Shown here piece by piece: positions 62,201 through 64,000 of a stretch of 64,000 nucleotides of DNA. Origin of the DNA: Lama guanicoe. Taxonomy: Eukaryota. Position numbers and translations under genes: made by a program. The notes under the pieces are model-generated. The model was not told where the DNA came from and did not search any database. It was given only the letters and a program-made list of their open reading frames with translations. Positions within the stretch are counted from its first letter, which is position 1, and every line of letters starts with the position of its first letter. The DNA is taken from NCBI GenBank assembly GCA_013239625.1, contig MU053376.1, forward strand, positions 1,202,833-1,266,832, written 5' to 3'.

Positions 62201-63776
62201 GCCCTCTCTTGTTTCGCCTCCTCCCCAAGAAGGAGAAAGGCCAGGGCAGCTGGGGTCAATTACCTGAGTCAAGCCCACCTCAGAGAGGGCTTTGAGAGCT
62301 CTTGGAGAGGATCCCTTCGGTGTCCAAGGCCCCTGACTTGGGGCCATCTCCTGCCCTCCACACAACAGCAATGACACAGAGGAGCTGCCACTCAGCCTCT
62401 TTGCTTTCTCCTCTCTCTGGCTCCATCAGCTCCCCATTTCCTGGGTCTTCCGTTGGTCCACCTGGGAAGACAACTCATTAACTGCCTGCAAAGCAGTTCC
62501 CTGCCAAGAATTCATTCATTCATTCATTCATTCATTCTTTCTTTCAAGCAAGCAAGCAATGTTCAGGGCCACCACCCCTGTGTTGATGTGAACTAGGCAC
62601 TAGGAATACAGAGGAGGAGATTCAGATGAGACAGTCATGTAAGAAAAAAAAAAAAAAAGAACTACAACTGTGTGAGAGGTGTTATACCAAGACATAGGCA
62701 AGTTTTGAACCCAAATGTAGGAGTAACTAACCAGACATTCCTTCAACAAATAATTCAGCCTTTCTTAAGTGCTAGTCTCTGTGCTGTGCATTCGAGATAC
62801 ACAGGTGAACTGACGGGCTTCGTGCCCACTCCCCTGGAGCTGACAGTCTGGTGGACAAGATGGATACTGACTGGTGTGATATGAGCTAATCAGGAGACAT
62901 TGCGGGTGGGGTGGGGTGGTGAATAGCAGGGCATTTACGATTCTTAATCTACTCTGGGGAGTCCAGAAAGGCTTCTCTGAGGAAATGAGATCTAAGTGGA
63001 GGTCTGAAGGATGAAAAAGAGACAGCTAGGTGAGGATGGGGTGGGAGGGGAAACGGAAGAGCTCTGGGCAAAAGAGACTTGTAGAAAGGCCTTGATCTGC
63101 TGGTAACAGGCCCTTCAGAGGGCAGGTAAACGTCCACCTTGCAGAGAAAGCGGTGGGCCTGGGAAGGCTCAGACCACAACCACACAGGCTAATATTTTGA
63201 AAGAGGCTCAGGTGTGTGTTGTTCTTTCTCATTCTGGGCCAACCCCACACCATACCCCCATTTTACCTTGAGTAACTGTCTGTTGCAACTAGACCAAGTC
63301 TGTGCCTGCTAAAGACAACCTTGAAATAAAGAACTTAAATGGCAATATCCCTGCTTCAGCTTATCACTTCCCAGCCGCCTGTACCACGCTGTTTACTGCA
63401 TCAGTCAGTGACCCTTGGCCCTCATACGGGGAAGCTGTCCATAGGACGCCCCTAGACTTCCTTCCATGTGCTGGGATTGTATGATTTCCAAGAACTTCTG
63501 CACTTATTGTCCCTAGATTCTCTCAACAGCCTTTTGAGTTAAGTTTATTGGACAGTGAAGCTTATCCCCATTGGACAGATAGGGAAACCGAGAGTCAGAA
63601 AGGGACAGTGTCCTGCCTAAGTGTCATATACAAATTCCATGGCCAAGCAGTGTTTGTGAAGTTTCTATGAGACCTTAAGTATTTGCCACTCACCCCTCCC
63701 CCTGCCCCCAGCTCCTGGGTGAACCTCCTGAGGGTAGGGGCTAGAGTGATCCCCTGCCTCTGCCTCCGTAATAGCC

Positions 63777-63797
63777 TTCAGCACCTAGGACAGGGCT
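63777..63797 (+). promoter_or_regulatory. REST/NRSF RE1-like element
   Basis: TTCAGCACCTAGGACAGGGCT; 17/21 match to TTCAGCACCACGGACAGCGCC with both half-site cores intact. Confidence 0.6.
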
Positions 63798-64000
63798 CTG
63801 CACACCCAAGCTCTTGGGCAACCCTGTTGAGTGAGCGGCTGTGGTGAAGGGAGGGAAAGGATGAAACGGCAGATTGGGAACATGTTATAGCGGAAACTGT
63901 GTGGGCTTTGGACTCAAACATACCTCAGTTGGAATTACCACTGTTACCAACACATGCTGTGCACTTTACTTAGCCTTTCTGAGCCACAGTTCCTTCGTCT

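Noticed and set aside
61280..62377. Long ORFs (199-257 aa) in the CpG island
   Set aside because: Stop-codon depletion from high GC content, overlapping in several frames and spanning an N gap
1..64000. CRISPR arrays, operons or other prokaryotic systems
   Set aside because: Sequence is mammalian (spliceosomal introns, L1/MIR/SINE); no regular repeat-spacer array seen

Overview
Mammalian genomic DNA, probably camelid (inferred from the tRNA-derived SINE family), covering the LEMD1 / BLACAT1 / MIR135B locus, all on the minus strand. Five coding exons of LEMD1 (27139->3487) splice by GT-AG into an intact 182-aa LEM-domain, C-terminal-transmembrane protein. An intact miR-135b hairpin lies at ~53.2-53.3 kb and a large CpG island at ~60.2-62.2 kb is the likely upstream promoter. 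The most interesting element is too short for the ORF track: a 33-codon ORF at 46154->46053 (MPQFTFACFCGLHGFCRMKRKKEEVHRERETAV). It sits behind a strong splice acceptor and combines a Cys-rich hydrophobic N-terminus, a polybasic patch and a class I PDZ-binding C-terminus (ETAV). This suggests the nominal lncRNA host of miR-135b encodes a membrane-tethered PDZ-ligand microprotein. The rest is intronic sequence with L1, LTR, MIR/L2 and SINE repeats, microsatellites and two N gaps. Gene names come from recognition, not database searches, and repeat boundaries are approximate.
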